A stretch of DNA of 64,000 nucleotides from an uncultured Lentimicrobiaceae bacterium (GCA_964652685.1 CAZZBS010000002.1:57497-121496), one strand, 5' to 3'. Positions 1 through 9,156 are shown, counted from the stretch's first letter. Numbers and translations: made by a program. The notes: a model not told the origin generated them from the sequence alone.

Positions 1-1326
1 TATCTCACCATAAAAGTCCATGCATCTGATGTCGGGATGGGTATGGGCATAGATACCATACGGAATCAATTCAGAACCCTTTGCAATTGTTGAACTAATA
101 CTGAAGGTTTCTGTTCCAAGATAGAAATAGGGATTGTTTTCCGCCACCTCAAACAAATTGAATTGTAAACCTATTCCGGTCTTGTAATTGGGGCTATAGA
201 TGGTCCATGCACTGGTAGCATGCTCAAAAAGCATGATCTTTCGTTCACTTGGGGCAGATGTGTGGATATACAAATTACCGGATGTGGGAAAACTCAACAG
301 AACATTGGTAACCTGATGGACCAGGTTATATCCACTGTTTCCAAGGATTTCAGAAAAATTGATTCCTCCCTGATAGGTAATCCACACTTTAGCACGCAGA
401 GGTGGGTCCTGTTTATTAGGCTCTATAGGTATTCCTGAAATAACAAAGATATCTTTATTGTTTGGGCATATTTCTATGTCATTAAAGACATAATCATCTG
501 CTCCTGGTATTGTTCCCCAATCGCCCCAGGTTAGCCCTCCATTGGTGGAAATAAATAGATGATTGCTTGCGATCGCATAAAGGTGGTCAATGCCATTCTG
601 ATGATAAACCACGATTTTTTTAACCATCATATGGAATTCCCTGTTGTAATAGGGAAGAAAATCCTCAAGAATGGACCAGGTTTCACCGCCGTCAACTGAT
701 TTAAGAATACCGACACTATAACCAACCTTATCACTTCCTGTTGAAGCGTAGATAACCCGTTTGTGTGTATTGGGATCTCTGGCTGGGCTAACAGCAAATG
801 ATGAAATACCATAGGCAGGTATTCTGGTGGGACTTAGCACATCATACCATGTATTACCTCTGTCGACAGACTTCAATATGCCGCCTGTTCTGCCACTGCC
901 GACCAGGATCGTATCGGGGTTTGTTTTTTCAAACCAGATTGCCTGTATAAGTCCCATATCCTGCAATGCATCGGGATATGGGCCAAAACTTTCCCATCCG
1001 GCATCATCAACACCGGTGCAGGAGGGAGTAATCCATGAAATCCCAAGAGCATTTTGATACATGCTAAACAACCCCCTTTGGGTAGTGTCTTCACATTGTA
1101 CACGATGCCACCAGAAGGACGCCCATCTGCCGAATTGTTTCATGGCTACTGATTTTGCCGAATCTGAAAGTTCAACAGTATCAATCCATTGATGGAAATC
1201 AGAAGACACCTGGTAGAAATTTGCAGCTGAATCAAGAGCAGCTTGCCTGAAATTGGGTTGTGCCGATAGCGGGTATACGGAACGAAGTAATACAGTTAAG
1301 ATGTATATTGGATGTAGATGTTTCAT
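1..1326 (-). CDS. BNR/Asp-box repeat (sortilin/VPS10-like) secreted protein; C-terminus lies beyond the window edge
   Basis: Absent from the ORF track because it has no in-window stop. Manual minus-strand translation from the ATG at 1326..1324 gives 442 open codons. It starts MKHLHPIYILTVLLRSVYPLSAQ (signal peptide) and then carries Asp-box motifs SVDRGNTW, SVDGGETW, STNGGLTW. The N-terminal layout resembles the ORFs at 45350..48229 and 52550..55090. Confidence 0.8.
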   Translation of the reverse strand, partial: MKHLHPIYILTVLLRSVYPLSAQPNFRQAALDSAANFYQVSSDFHQWIDTVELSDSAKSVAMKQFGRWASFWWHRVQCEDTTQRGLFSMYQNALGISWITPSCTGVDDAGWESFGPYPDALQDMGLIQAIWFEKTNPDTILVGSGRTGGILKSVDRGNTWYDVLSPTRIPAYGISSFAVSPARDPNTHKRVIYASTGSDKVGYSVGILKSVDGGETWSILEDFLPYYNREFHMMVKKIVVYHQNGIDHLYAIASNHLFISTNGGLTWGDWGTIPGADDYVFNDIEICPNNKDIFVISGIPIEPNKQDPPLRAKVWITYQGGINFSEILGNSGYNLVHQVTNVLLSFPTSGNLYIHTSAPSERKIMLFEHATSAWTIYSPNYKTGIGLQFNLFEVAENNPYFYLGTETFSISSTIAKGSELIPYGIYAHTHPDIRCMDFYGEI

Positions 1327-1416
1327 TGTAAACTTGAATTAGGTGAATACTTACTAAGTAGCACAAATCCTGCAGAACCGGACGGCAATGTTCCGGTTGG
1401 CAGGATGTAAACCACT

Positions 1417-1424
1417 CAAAGTTA
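1417..1424 (-). promoter_or_regulatory. Bacteroidota-type -7 promoter box TAACTTTG for the BNR gene
   Basis: The minus strand reads TAACTTTG, matching the TAnnTTTG consensus, about 90 nt upstream of the ATG at 1326. A 7-bp hairpin (AACCGGA-N9-TCCGGTT, 1376..1398) sits in the predicted leader. Confidence 0.4.
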
Positions 1425-1499
1425 TTCTTCCCCAATAGGACAATGGATATAGTACGCTGGCAAGACCTGCCGCATGGTCTAGCCCCCCACTTATAAGGG

Positions 1500-1859
1500 C
1501 TAAGTAACTCTCTCTCTCTCTCTCTCTACGGCAGCGCGGGTTTCAGGAATCCGGCCATGCATCAAAGGCATGAATGGCACAAGAAGCAGCATGGCATAGA
1601 GGTTACCCATCCATGTTTCAAGCTTCATGGATAAGATAAACGGGAACAAATCACAGGAATAACCTGTTGCCATCTCTACATAAGATATTGAAGCTGTAAA
1701 TATAAAACAAAACCAACCCGAAGTCAAGAGAAATATATTCTTTTTCAGTGAGATGTTGAAGAATTTTTTATGCCGACGCAGATTTGCACGTTGGTACATT
1801 TGCACCACGCCAGGGCGTGGCCTTCTTTTCACTCCAGCATTGGCACATTTTCCTGTCAT
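1500..1859 (-). CDS. Doubtful small hydrophobic hypothetical protein (119 aa)
   Basis: This is the only ORF in the 1436..2259 spacer. It has hydrophobic stretches (FLLTSGWFCFIFTASI, LYAMLLLVPFMPL). Its C-terminus (ERERERVT) is encoded by the (CT)10 tract. I recognise no family. Confidence 0.2.
   Translation of the reverse strand: MTGKCANAGVKRRPRPGVVQMYQRANLRRHKKFFNISLKKNIFLLTSGWFCFIFTASISYVEMATGYSCDLFPFILSMKLETWMGNLYAMLLLVPFMPLMHGRIPETRAAVERERERVT
1508..1527. repeat. Perfect (CT)10 dinucleotide microsatellite
   Basis: Direct reading gives ctctctctctctctctctct, 20 nt with no interruption. Confidence 0.97.
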
Positions 1860-1950
1860 CCCTTCGGGATTGACCTATTCATGCATACAAAACAGTGAAA
1901 GCAAATAATCGATTGATAGAACACTGAACACACTGATGAAACGGATAATC

Positions 1951-1978
1951 ACGGATCAATAAATCTGTGCAGATCCGT
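1951..1978. repeat. REP-like hairpin ACGGATC-N14-GATCCGT within a cluster of ATCCGT/ACGGAT motifs
   Basis: A 7-bp perfect inverted repeat. Additional acggat and atccgt copies occur at 1941..1946 and 1991..1996. Confidence 0.5.
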
Positions 1979-2024
1979 TTATTCCGTCAAATCCGTGTTC
2001 CATTGAAAACCCGGAACTCTTAAG

Positions 2025-2080
2025 ATAGAGTGAGAGTGAGAGTGGGAGTGAGAGTGAGAATGAGAGTGAGAGTGGGAGTG
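2025..2080. repeat. Tandem hexamer array (TGAGAG)n, about 9 units, with a higher-order 18-mer repeated at a 30-nt period
   Basis: The units read atagag tgagag tgagag tgggag tgagag tgagaa tgagag tgagag tgggag tg. The 18-mer tgagagtgagagtgggag occurs at 2031..2048 and again at 2061..2078. Confidence 0.95.
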
Positions 2081-2259
2081 ACATCATTACCCTGCAGCGA
2101 TCATCACGGAGGGCACAGAAGGCTCCCTTCTTTGGGTTCGGCTGAAATCCATGATTTGATATGATAAGATGTACACGCTATTCCTTGAGATTCACCTGTG
2201 CCTGCCTGATATGGGGTTTATGAATCCCTTTACTGTTGGCTCTGTTGAACAGGAAGTCA

Positions 2260-2562
2260 TCAGTCAGGATATAGATTCTGCTGAAGTCTCTGCCTGACGA
2301 ATGCATAATGCTTTTGCAATGATTTTGAGCGCAACCGTTTGATTTGATCCTCGGTAAGAAATGCATACAACTTCCCGGGTGAAATGATAGCTATTACCGT
2401 AAACCAGGGATAGGTCTCAAGCAAACGACGGATGATCATCTCCTGATTGAAATGACCGGCAGACTTACCGGTACCCCTCAACACCTCATCCACCACTTCA
2501 GGGCTGACATCGTAATCCCACATCAACTGACGCAATAGTCTGAGCCTTTGTTTCTTTTCCAT
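2260..2562 (-). CDS. Small conserved-looking hypothetical protein (100 aa)
   Basis: The ORF-track protein MEKKQRLRLLRQLMWDYDVSPEVVDEVLRG... has a helical, non-repetitive composition and a coding-like sequence. I cannot name a family with confidence. Confidence 0.55.
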   Translation of the reverse strand: MEKKQRLRLLRQLMWDYDVSPEVVDEVLRGTGKSAGHFNQEMIIRRLLETYPWFTVIAIISPGKLYAFLTEDQIKRLRSKSLQKHYAFVRQRLQQNLYPD

Positions 2563-2681
2563 ACCCCTCGCTGTTCGTGCAAAGATACAGAAAATAGGAC
2601 GGCATTAACTCATGCCCTCCATAACTTTTGCTGCACATCCAACAGTTCATTCCTCCATCCCCCACGACGGAATCACTTCGC

Positions 2682-2785
2682 CACATCACCACCCCGCCGC
2701 GGCGGGATCACATCATCATATCACCACATCATCACATCATCACCCCGCCGCGGCGGGATCACATCATCACATCACCACATCATCA
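2682..2785. repeat. Two tandem copies of a 51-nt unit, each containing the perfect 14-nt GC palindrome CCCGCCGCGGCGGG
   Basis: Copy 1 (2682..2734) and copy 2 (2733..2785) differ at 2 positions. The palindromes lie at 2693..2706 and 2744..2757. The flanks are (CATCA/CACAT)-rich. The array sits immediately 3' of the permease stop at 2788 and 5' of the small ORF start at 2562, both on the minus strand. Confidence 0.9.
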
Positions 2786-2787
2786 AT

Positions 2788-4113
2788 TCATCCCCTGTGC
2801 CTGATCCATTTCCAGAGCTCGGCATACGTAGGTTTTTTGCCGTACATCAGGATGCCGGTACGGTAGATCTTGGCTGCGAGCCAGGTCATGGCGAAGAAGG
2901 TGGCGACCAGGACAATCATGCTGAGGGCAAGCTCCCAGCCCGGCACCCCGAAGGGGATTCGCATCATCATGGTGATGGGGGAGGTGAGAGGAATGACGGA
3001 CAGCCAGAACGCCACCGGCCCCTGGGGGTTGTTCATGATGAAGGATGACATCACGATACCAAGGACCATGGGAATGGTTACCGGCAGCATGAACTGCTGG
3101 GTGTCGGACTCATTGTCAACCGCCGACCCAATGGCCGCAAAGAGAGCGCTGTACATCAGGTACCCGAAGAGGAAGTAAAACAGGAAAGAAAGCAGGATTT
3201 TCACAACCGGTATCCGCTGGAGCATCCCGTAGAGGGCTTCGACCATCGGATTGGTGTCGGGGTTGATGGCCAGGTTGTCGTCAGGGATGAGCCCGGAACC
3301 GGGAGGGGTGAATTGCTGCTGCACCATGTTGTCGGCCGAGAAACTGTCAGGGAAGGTTACGGCCACAATCCCTACAATGGCCGTGGTGAAAACCACCCAG
3401 AGCAGGAACTGGGTCAGGCCAACCATCGCCACCCCGATGATCTTGCCCATCATGAGCTGAAACGGACGGACCGACGATATGATCACCTCCACAATGCGGC
3501 TGGTCTTTTCTTCGATCACCCCCCGCATCACCTGGGCGCCGAACATAAAGATGAAGAAATAGATGATCAGCCCGCTGGCCATCGACAGGATGGAGAGTTC
3601 GAGCGGGTTGCCGATGTCGTCGGTCTGGTTGTCAATCAACCCTACATCTACCCTGATCTTCCTGGTTTCCAGCTCCTGCTTGCTGATGCCAAATTCGGCC
3701 TTAAGCTGGATCTCATCCAGGATATTCTGCAGCTCGGCGCGGATGTATTCGATATTGGAAATGCCGATTTGGTGTTCGAAGAAGATGGGGGCATTTACCT
3801 TGGAGACCCCTTCCCGCATGATGTAAAGCACCCCGTCATGGGAACCCTGGGCGGCCATCTTCCTTACAACACCGATCTTTTCATCCAGGTAGCCGAATTT
3901 CAGTGAACGGGTTTCCCTTATTTTATCCCGGAACAACCCTGTTTCATCCACCACTGCCAGGTGATACACCTTGTCGGATTGCTGGCTGAGATAAATGGGA
4001 AGGATCATGACAGTGGCCATCAGCAGCGGACCCAGGATGGTCATGATAATGAATGACCGTTTTTTTACACGGGTAAGGTATTCACGCTGGATGATCAGCC
4101 AGATTTTATTCAT
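2788..4113 (-). CDS. ABC-2 family transporter permease (NatB/YhaP-like, 441 aa)
   Basis: Architecture is an N-terminal TM helix, a large extracytoplasmic domain, then a C-terminal bundle of hydrophobic helices. It lies 10 nt downstream of the ABC ATPase gene. Confidence 0.8.
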   Translation of the reverse strand: MNKIWLIIQREYLTRVKKRSFIIMTILGPLLMATVMILPIYLSQQSDKVYHLAVVDETGLFRDKIRETRSLKFGYLDEKIGVVRKMAAQGSHDGVLYIMREGVSKVNAPIFFEHQIGISNIEYIRAELQNILDEIQLKAEFGISKQELETRKIRVDVGLIDNQTDDIGNPLELSILSMASGLIIYFFIFMFGAQVMRGVIEEKTSRIVEVIISSVRPFQLMMGKIIGVAMVGLTQFLLWVVFTTAIVGIVAVTFPDSFSADNMVQQQFTPPGSGLIPDDNLAINPDTNPMVEALYGMLQRIPVVKILLSFLFYFLFGYLMYSALFAAIGSAVDNESDTQQFMLPVTIPMVLGIVMSSFIMNNPQGPVAFWLSVIPLTSPITMMMRIPFGVPGWELALSMIVLVATFFAMTWLAAKIYRTGILMYGKKPTYAELWKWIRHRG

Positions 4114-4123
4114 GGAATGATTA

Positions 4124-5050
4124 TTATGGGTTTACAGGGGTGTTTTCATTCACAAGCCTGATAAAGATATCGTTTATGCCCGGCATGATCTCCCGGAAAG
4201 CTTTCACTTTCCCGAGGCCCATGATCTCCGAGAGGAGGGCGTTGGGATCATCCCCGTGGGAGAGCTGTACCGTAATGGTGAGCTTGCCGTTGGAGGGCTC
4301 CGATGACAATATCCGGTAGTTGCGTGAATCAACCAGGTGGGTGTGTTCATGGGGGATGATCTCGATCTCAAACCGGTTTTCGCTGAACCTTTGCCGGATC
4401 TCATCCACCCGCCCCTCCAGGATCTTCTCTGCGCGGTTGATCAGGGCGATGTCGTCACAGATTTCCTCCACCGAAGCCATGTTATGGGTCGAGAAGATGA
4501 TGGTAGCCCCGTGGTCCCTCAGGCGGAGGATCTCCTCCTTCAGCAATTGGGTGTTGATGGGATCGAACCCGGAGAAAGGTTCATCAAAAATGAGCAGTTT
4601 CGGTTCATGGAGGATGGTGACGATGAACTGTACTTTCTGTTGCATCCCTTTGGAAAGCTCCTCCACTTTTTTGTCCCACCATTGATGGATGTCAAATTTT
4701 TTAAACCATACTTTCAGCTTTTTCTCGGCATCGTACCGGGAAAGCCCCTTGAGCCGTGTCAGGTAGAGGGCCTGTTCCCCCACCTTCATTTTTTTGTACA
4801 GTCCCCGTTCTTCCGGCAGGTAACCGATCATGTGGATATGATCCTTGTTCAGCGGTTGTCCTCCGATCAGGATACTTCCTTTGTCCGGTGCGGTGATCTG
4901 GTTGATGATACGGATCAGGGTGGTCTTTCCGGCGCCGTTGGGGCCCAGCAACCCGTACACACTCTGTTCGGGCACACTGATGGAAACATCTTTCAGTGCC
5001 TGATGGTTAACATAGGACTTGTAGATATTGTGAGCCTCAAAAAAATACAT
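4124..5050 (-). CDS. ABC transporter ATP-binding protein (308 aa)
   Basis: Walker A is GPNGAGKTT, the signature is LSKGMQQK and Walker B is LLIFDEPFSGFDP. A C-terminal extra domain is typical of ABC-2 exporter ATPases. Confidence 0.93.
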   Translation of the reverse strand: MYFFEAHNIYKSYVNHQALKDVSISVPEQSVYGLLGPNGAGKTTLIRIINQITAPDKGSILIGGQPLNKDHIHMIGYLPEERGLYKKMKVGEQALYLTRLKGLSRYDAEKKLKVWFKKFDIHQWWDKKVEELSKGMQQKVQFIVTILHEPKLLIFDEPFSGFDPINTQLLKEEILRLRDHGATIIFSTHNMASVEEICDDIALINRAEKILEGRVDEIRQRFSENRFEIEIIPHEHTHLVDSRNYRILSSEPSNGKLTITVQLSHGDDPNALLSEIMGLGKVKAFREIMPGINDIFIRLVNENTPVNP

Positions 5051-5141
5051 CGTCTGAAATAGATATGTGTTTTATTATTCAGGCTTAAACAACCCATCCA
5101 ATCCATAGAATAAATTGAAAATCAATGTCTTTATACTTTTT

Positions 5142-5166
5142 CCTTTAGCCTTTAGCCCTTAGCCTT
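5142..5166. repeat. Short tandem heptamer CCTTTAG x3 abutting the dnaJ stop codon
   Basis: The sequence reads cctttag cctttag cccttag cctt. Confidence 0.6.
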
Positions 5167-6309
5167 TCATTCCTGAAAATATTCTTTCATCCGGTCGAAA
5201 AAGCTTTTGTCACGGGCGGTAGGTTTAGGGCTAAAATTAGGTGATTGTTTCAGTTGTTCGATAAGTTTTTTTTCTTCCCGGGAGAGGTTCTGCGGTGTCC
5301 ATACATTGACATTCACCAGTAGGTCTCCGCGGCTGTAATGGTTTACGCCGGGCAGTCCTTTACCTTTCAGCCTGAACACCTTTCCTCCCTGGGTTCCTTC
5401 AGGGATCTTAATCCGGGCTTTCCCTTCGAGGGTAGGCACTTCAGAGGTGGTTCCCATCACTGCGTCGGGGAAGCTGATGTAGTGGTTGTAGAGCAGGTTC
5501 TTACCATCGCGGACCAATTCCGGGTGTGGAAGTTCTTCAATGAGTACGATCAGATCGCCCGGGATGCCGCTCCGGGCTCCGGCGTTTCCTTTTCCGCTGA
5601 ACGAGAGTTGCATCCCCTCTTCCACACCGGCGGGTATGTCGATGGTGATTACTTCGTTTTCCTTGACGATGCCATGACCCATGCATTGGTCGCATTTGTT
5701 GGCGATTACCTGTCCTTCGCCGCCACAGGCCGGGCAGGTGGATGAGGTCTGCATCTGTCCGAGGAAAGTGTTGGTAATCCTGGTTACATGGCCTGAGCCC
5801 CGGCAGGTGGCACAGGTCTGGTAGGAAGAGCCGTTACGTGCGCCGGCACCATCACAGGCACCACATTTCACATATTTCTCAACCTTGATCTTCTTCTCGA
5901 CACCTTTGCTGATCTCCTCCAGGGTAAGCTTTACCTTGATCCGGAGATTCGATCCACGGTTCACACGGCGGGATGATCCCCTGGATTGCCCGAAACCTCC
6001 GAAACCGCCGAAGATATCCCCAAAATGGCTGAAGATGTCTTCCATATTCATGGAAAAACCACCATAACCACCGCCACCGGCGTTACCCAGTCCCGCATGT
6101 CCAAACCGGTCGTATTTCTGCTTTTTCTCGGGATTGCTTAATACCTCGTACGCTTCGGCCGCCTCCTTGAACTTCTCTTCGGCCGCCTTATCACCCGGGT
6201 TCTTGTCAGGATGGTATTTCAGCGCCTGCTTGCGGTAAGCCTTCTTAATCTCTTCTGCGCCGGCATCTTTGCCAACTTCCAGTACTTCGTAATAGTCTCT
6301 TTTAGCCAT
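5167..6309 (-). CDS. dnaJ: Molecular chaperone DnaJ
   Basis: It has a J-domain with HPD (YHPDKNPGD), a G/F-rich linker, and four CxxCxGxG zinc motifs ([32 protein letters not shown]). Confidence 0.98.
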   Translation of the reverse strand: MAKRDYYEVLEVGKDAGAEEIKKAYRKQALKYHPDKNPGDKAAEEKFKEAAEAYEVLSNPEKKQKYDRFGHAGLGNAGGGGYGGFSMNMEDIFSHFGDIFGGFGGFGQSRGSSRRVNRGSNLRIKVKLTLEEISKGVEKKIKVEKYVKCGACDGAGARNGSSYQTCATCRGSGHVTRITNTFLGQMQTSSTCPACGGEGQVIANKCDQCMGHGIVKENEVITIDIPAGVEEGMQLSFSGKGNAGARSGIPGDLIVLIEELPHPELVRDGKNLLYNHYISFPDAVMGTTSEVPTLEGKARIKIPEGTQGGKVFRLKGKGLPGVNHYSRGDLLVNVNVWTPQNLSREEKKLIEQLKQSPNFSPKPTARDKSFFDRMKEYFQE

Positions 6310-6325
6310 CGTAACATTTTCCGGA

Positions 6326-6925
6326 TTAAACGGCTACGGCAACTTTAGCAAACCGGATGACCGTTCCGTTGAGGGTATACCCTTTTTCGATTTCGTCCAC
6401 CACTTTACCTTTCATCTCTTCTGACTCAGCTGGAATGTTAGCGACGGCTTCGTGCAGGTCGGTGTTGAAGGGTTCACCAATACAATGGATTTTTTCCAGC
6501 CCTTTCTGTTCAAGTGTCTTTCTGAACTTGGCATGGATCAGCATGGTACCCTCCCTGAGGGCATCGATCTCGTGGGTGTTTTCGAAGGAATGGTTGGCCC
6601 TGTCAAAGTCATCTAAAACAGGCAGTAATTGCGTGATAAGGCTCGAAGTTGCTGTCTTCAGCACCTCGGCTCTTTCACGGACCGTGCGTTTGCGGTAATT
6701 GTCAAATTCGGAATAAAGCCGAAGATATTTGTCGTTCAGTTCAGCAAGGGCAAGCTTTGTCAGCGACAGTTCATCTGCCTGGATCTCTGCCTCTGCTTTA
6801 TCAGAAGGTTCTTCATTACCATTGTGCGTTGGTGGGATATCCTCAGCTTTAACTGCATCCTGCTGACTTAATAAATTGTCAGTCAAATGATCATCTAAGT
6901 CAATCTTGTTCTTCTTCTTTGCCAT
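6326..6925 (-). CDS. grpE: Nucleotide exchange factor GrpE
   Basis: A 199-aa protein with a coiled-coil N-terminus and the conserved C-terminal block ([11 protein letters not shown]-like: [13 protein letters not shown]). It lies directly upstream of dnaJ. Confidence 0.95.
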   Translation of the reverse strand: MAKKKNKIDLDDHLTDNLLSQQDAVKAEDIPPTHNGNEEPSDKAEAEIQADELSLTKLALAELNDKYLRLYSEFDNYRKRTVRERAEVLKTATSSLITQLLPVLDDFDRANHSFENTHEIDALREGTMLIHAKFRKTLEQKGLEKIHCIGEPFNTDLHEAVANIPAESEEMKGKVVDEIEKGYTLNGTVIRFAKVAVAV

Positions 6926-7028
6926 ATCACGAAAAAATGGTTAAGTGCACCATGGGAGCATGGTGGCGGTCAAATTGTTTGCCAGTTCGGAATGTGCGAC
7001 AAATTGGCAGCCTGTCTCATGGTTTTCT

Positions 7029-8339
7029 TCAGAGTTGCCCCCGGGTGATGTCAGCTCCGAGTGCAGTCAGCCGTTTGTCGATATACTGATAGCCTCTGTC
7101 GATTTGATCGATGTTGTCGATGATGCTGGTTCCGGAGGCCGAGAGTGCTGCGATGAGCAAGGCGACTCCGGCTCTGATATCCGGGGAGATCATCCGGATA
7201 CCGCGCAGCGGGATCTTTCTGTCGAGGCCGATGACGGTGGCTCTGTGCGGATCGCACAGGATGATCTTGGCGCCCATATCGATCAGCTTATCCACGAAAA
7301 ACAACCTGCTTTCGAACATTTTCTGGTGGATCAGGAGGCTTCCCCGTGCCTGGGTGGCAACCACCAGCACGATGCTGAGCAGGTCGGGGGTGAAACCGGG
7401 CCAGGGGGCGTCAGATATGGTGAGAATGGATCCATCAATGTAGCTGTCGATTTCGTAATACTCCCTGGAAGGAATATGTATGTCATCTCCTATGACATCC
7501 AGCTCAATGCCCAGTTTCCGGAAGGTATCAGGGATGATTCCGAGGTATGGGTAATCGGTATTTTTAATGGTAATATCCGACTGGGTCATGGCGGCAAGGC
7601 CAATGAAGCTGCCCACTTCAATCATGTCGGCAAGGAGGCGGTGTTCGGTTCCGCCAAGGGCTTCTACACCTTTTATCCTGAGCAGGTTTGAACCGATACC
7701 ATCAATACGGGCACCCATCCGGACGAGCATATTGCATAGCTGAACCAGGTAGGGCTCACAGGCAGCATTGAAAATTGTAGTATCCCCCTTGGCAAGAACG
7801 GAAGCCATCACCAGGTTGGCCGTACCGGTGACCGATGCTTCATCCAGCAGCATGTAACACCCTTTGAGCCTGTCTGCCTGGATGGTATAGGTTTTTGAAT
7901 CATGATCGTAGTGAAATTCTGCCCCTAGTTTCTGAAGGCCGGTAAAATGGGTATCCAGTCTCCTTCTTCCGATTTTGTCACCTCCGGGTTGGGGTAAGAA
8001 ACCTTTGCCAAATCTTGCAACCAGCGGGCCGATGAGCATCACCGATCCCCTGAGAGCTGTAGCTTTCAACCTGAACTCGCGGGTCAGCATGTAATCCAGG
8101 TTAACCTTTTCAGCGCAGAAAGTGCAGGTGTTACGGTCAATCCGGTTAACCTGCACTCCCAAACCTTCCATGAGTTCAATCAGTTTGTTAACATCCAGTA
8201 TGTCGGGTATATTGCGGACCGTGATGGCATCTGAGGTGAGAAGGGTGGCAGAAATGATTTGCAGCGCTTCATTTTTGGCACCTTGCGGAATAATTTCCCC
8301 CGAGAGCTTTTTACCCCCGGTAATCTGAAATGAACTCAT
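7029..8339 (-). CDS. murA: UDP-N-acetylglucosamine 1-carboxyvinyltransferase
   Basis: The 436-aa length and N-terminal KLSGEIIPQGAKNEALQIISATLL are typical of MurA (EPSP-synthase fold). Confidence 0.93.
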   Translation of the reverse strand: MSSFQITGGKKLSGEIIPQGAKNEALQIISATLLTSDAITVRNIPDILDVNKLIELMEGLGVQVNRIDRNTCTFCAEKVNLDYMLTREFRLKATALRGSVMLIGPLVARFGKGFLPQPGGDKIGRRRLDTHFTGLQKLGAEFHYDHDSKTYTIQADRLKGCYMLLDEASVTGTANLVMASVLAKGDTTIFNAACEPYLVQLCNMLVRMGARIDGIGSNLLRIKGVEALGGTEHRLLADMIEVGSFIGLAAMTQSDITIKNTDYPYLGIIPDTFRKLGIELDVIGDDIHIPSREYYEIDSYIDGSILTISDAPWPGFTPDLLSIVLVVATQARGSLLIHQKMFESRLFFVDKLIDMGAKIILCDPHRATVIGLDRKIPLRGIRMISPDIRAGVALLIAALSASGTSIIDNIDQIDRGYQYIDKRLTALGADITRGQL

Positions 8340-8354
8340 AAAAATAAGTTTTGA

Positions 8355-9044
8355 TCAATTTCTTTTATTGCGCTTGGAACGGTAATAGGAACCCTGCTGT
8401 GAGGGATATCCATGCCCTTTGTAGGCACTCTGTCCGGAACGTTGCATGGTATGCCTTTTCTGTCGCTGATCCGTTTGCTGCTGATTCTGTTTCTGCAGGA
8501 TGTCATGGGTTTTTGTCAGTACAACGTCTTCTCCCAGGATAAGCTGGTCTTCAGAGAGTTCTGCAAGATGGGCAGCAATCACTTCATCGGTGACCGATTC
8601 ACGGTTCCAGTTCAGGTATGCTTTCTTAAGGTAGTTGGCTGTCATCCGCACAAGCTCTTCCTTTTTCGGGCCATCTTCCATTTCAATCACCTTCTGGATG
8701 ATGTTTTCAACATTTTTACCATAATGGCGGTACTTGATCCCGTTGGATTGATAATGGAGCTTTTCCGGGGTGCGTTCAAGGGTTTCCCTTGCGGGAACCG
8801 GATAAGGTGAATCCACATCAAGCTGGAAGTCTGAGATGATGTGGAGATGATCCCAAAGCTTCTGCCTGTAATCGTGCATCTCCCGGATGGAGGGATTGAG
8901 CTGAGCCATCACATTTACGATCAGGGTGGCAAGCCGTGTGCGTTGATCACGGTCTTCCAGTGAAATGGCATAATCAACCATTTTCTGCACGTTTCTGCCA
9001 TACTCGGAAATCACGAGTTTGTTACGACTGGTGTTGTAATCCAT
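8355..9044 (-). CDS. DUF4290 domain protein
   Basis: It starts MDYNTSRNKLVISEYGRNVQKMVDYA.... As I recall it, this small protein sits upstream of murA in Bacteroidota. It has a basic Q/R/K-rich tail. Confidence 0.7.
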   Translation of the reverse strand: MDYNTSRNKLVISEYGRNVQKMVDYAISLEDRDQRTRLATLIVNVMAQLNPSIREMHDYRQKLWDHLHIISDFQLDVDSPYPVPARETLERTPEKLHYQSNGIKYRHYGKNVENIIQKVIEMEDGPKKEELVRMTANYLKKAYLNWNRESVTDEVIAAHLAELSEDQLILGEDVVLTKTHDILQKQNQQQTDQRQKRHTMQRSGQSAYKGHGYPSQQGSYYRSKRNKRN

Positions 9045-9148
9045 GAAATATTGTTAAAACAGATCAGTAATAAAATGCAATACTGTTTAAAAATCCAAAC
9101 CTGATAACCTGATAAAGGGGAGGGAACCTAACCTGTTAATCTGCGTTG

Positions 9149-9156
9149 CAAAGATA
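9149..9156 (-). promoter_or_regulatory. -7 box TATCTTTG upstream of the DUF4290-murA pair
   Basis: The minus strand reads TATCTTTG, an exact TAnnTTTG match, about 105 nt upstream of the ATG at 9044. Confidence 0.45.

Noticed and set aside
2682-2785. Possible CRISPR array, or integron attC site next to a cassette-like small ORF (2260..2562).
   Set aside because: There are only two directly abutting repeat copies with no spacers, and no cas genes. No intI integrase, no GTTRRRY/RYYYAAC core sites, and no further cassettes are present. A REP-like or hairpin element is the more economical reading.
2548-3048. His/Pro/Ser-rich ORFs (2548..3048 and 2612..2866, plus strand) with repeated HHHPAAAGSHHHITTSS.
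   Set aside because: The repetitive peptide is simply the translation of the 51-nt tandem DNA repeat. The remainder is antisense to the ABC-2 permease gene. There is no start context or promoter box.
5142-5166. The CCTTTAG heptamer triplet after dnaJ as a regulatory repeat.
   Set aside because: It has only three short imperfect units, no dyad symmetry and no obvious partner site. It is recorded as a minor repeat feature only.
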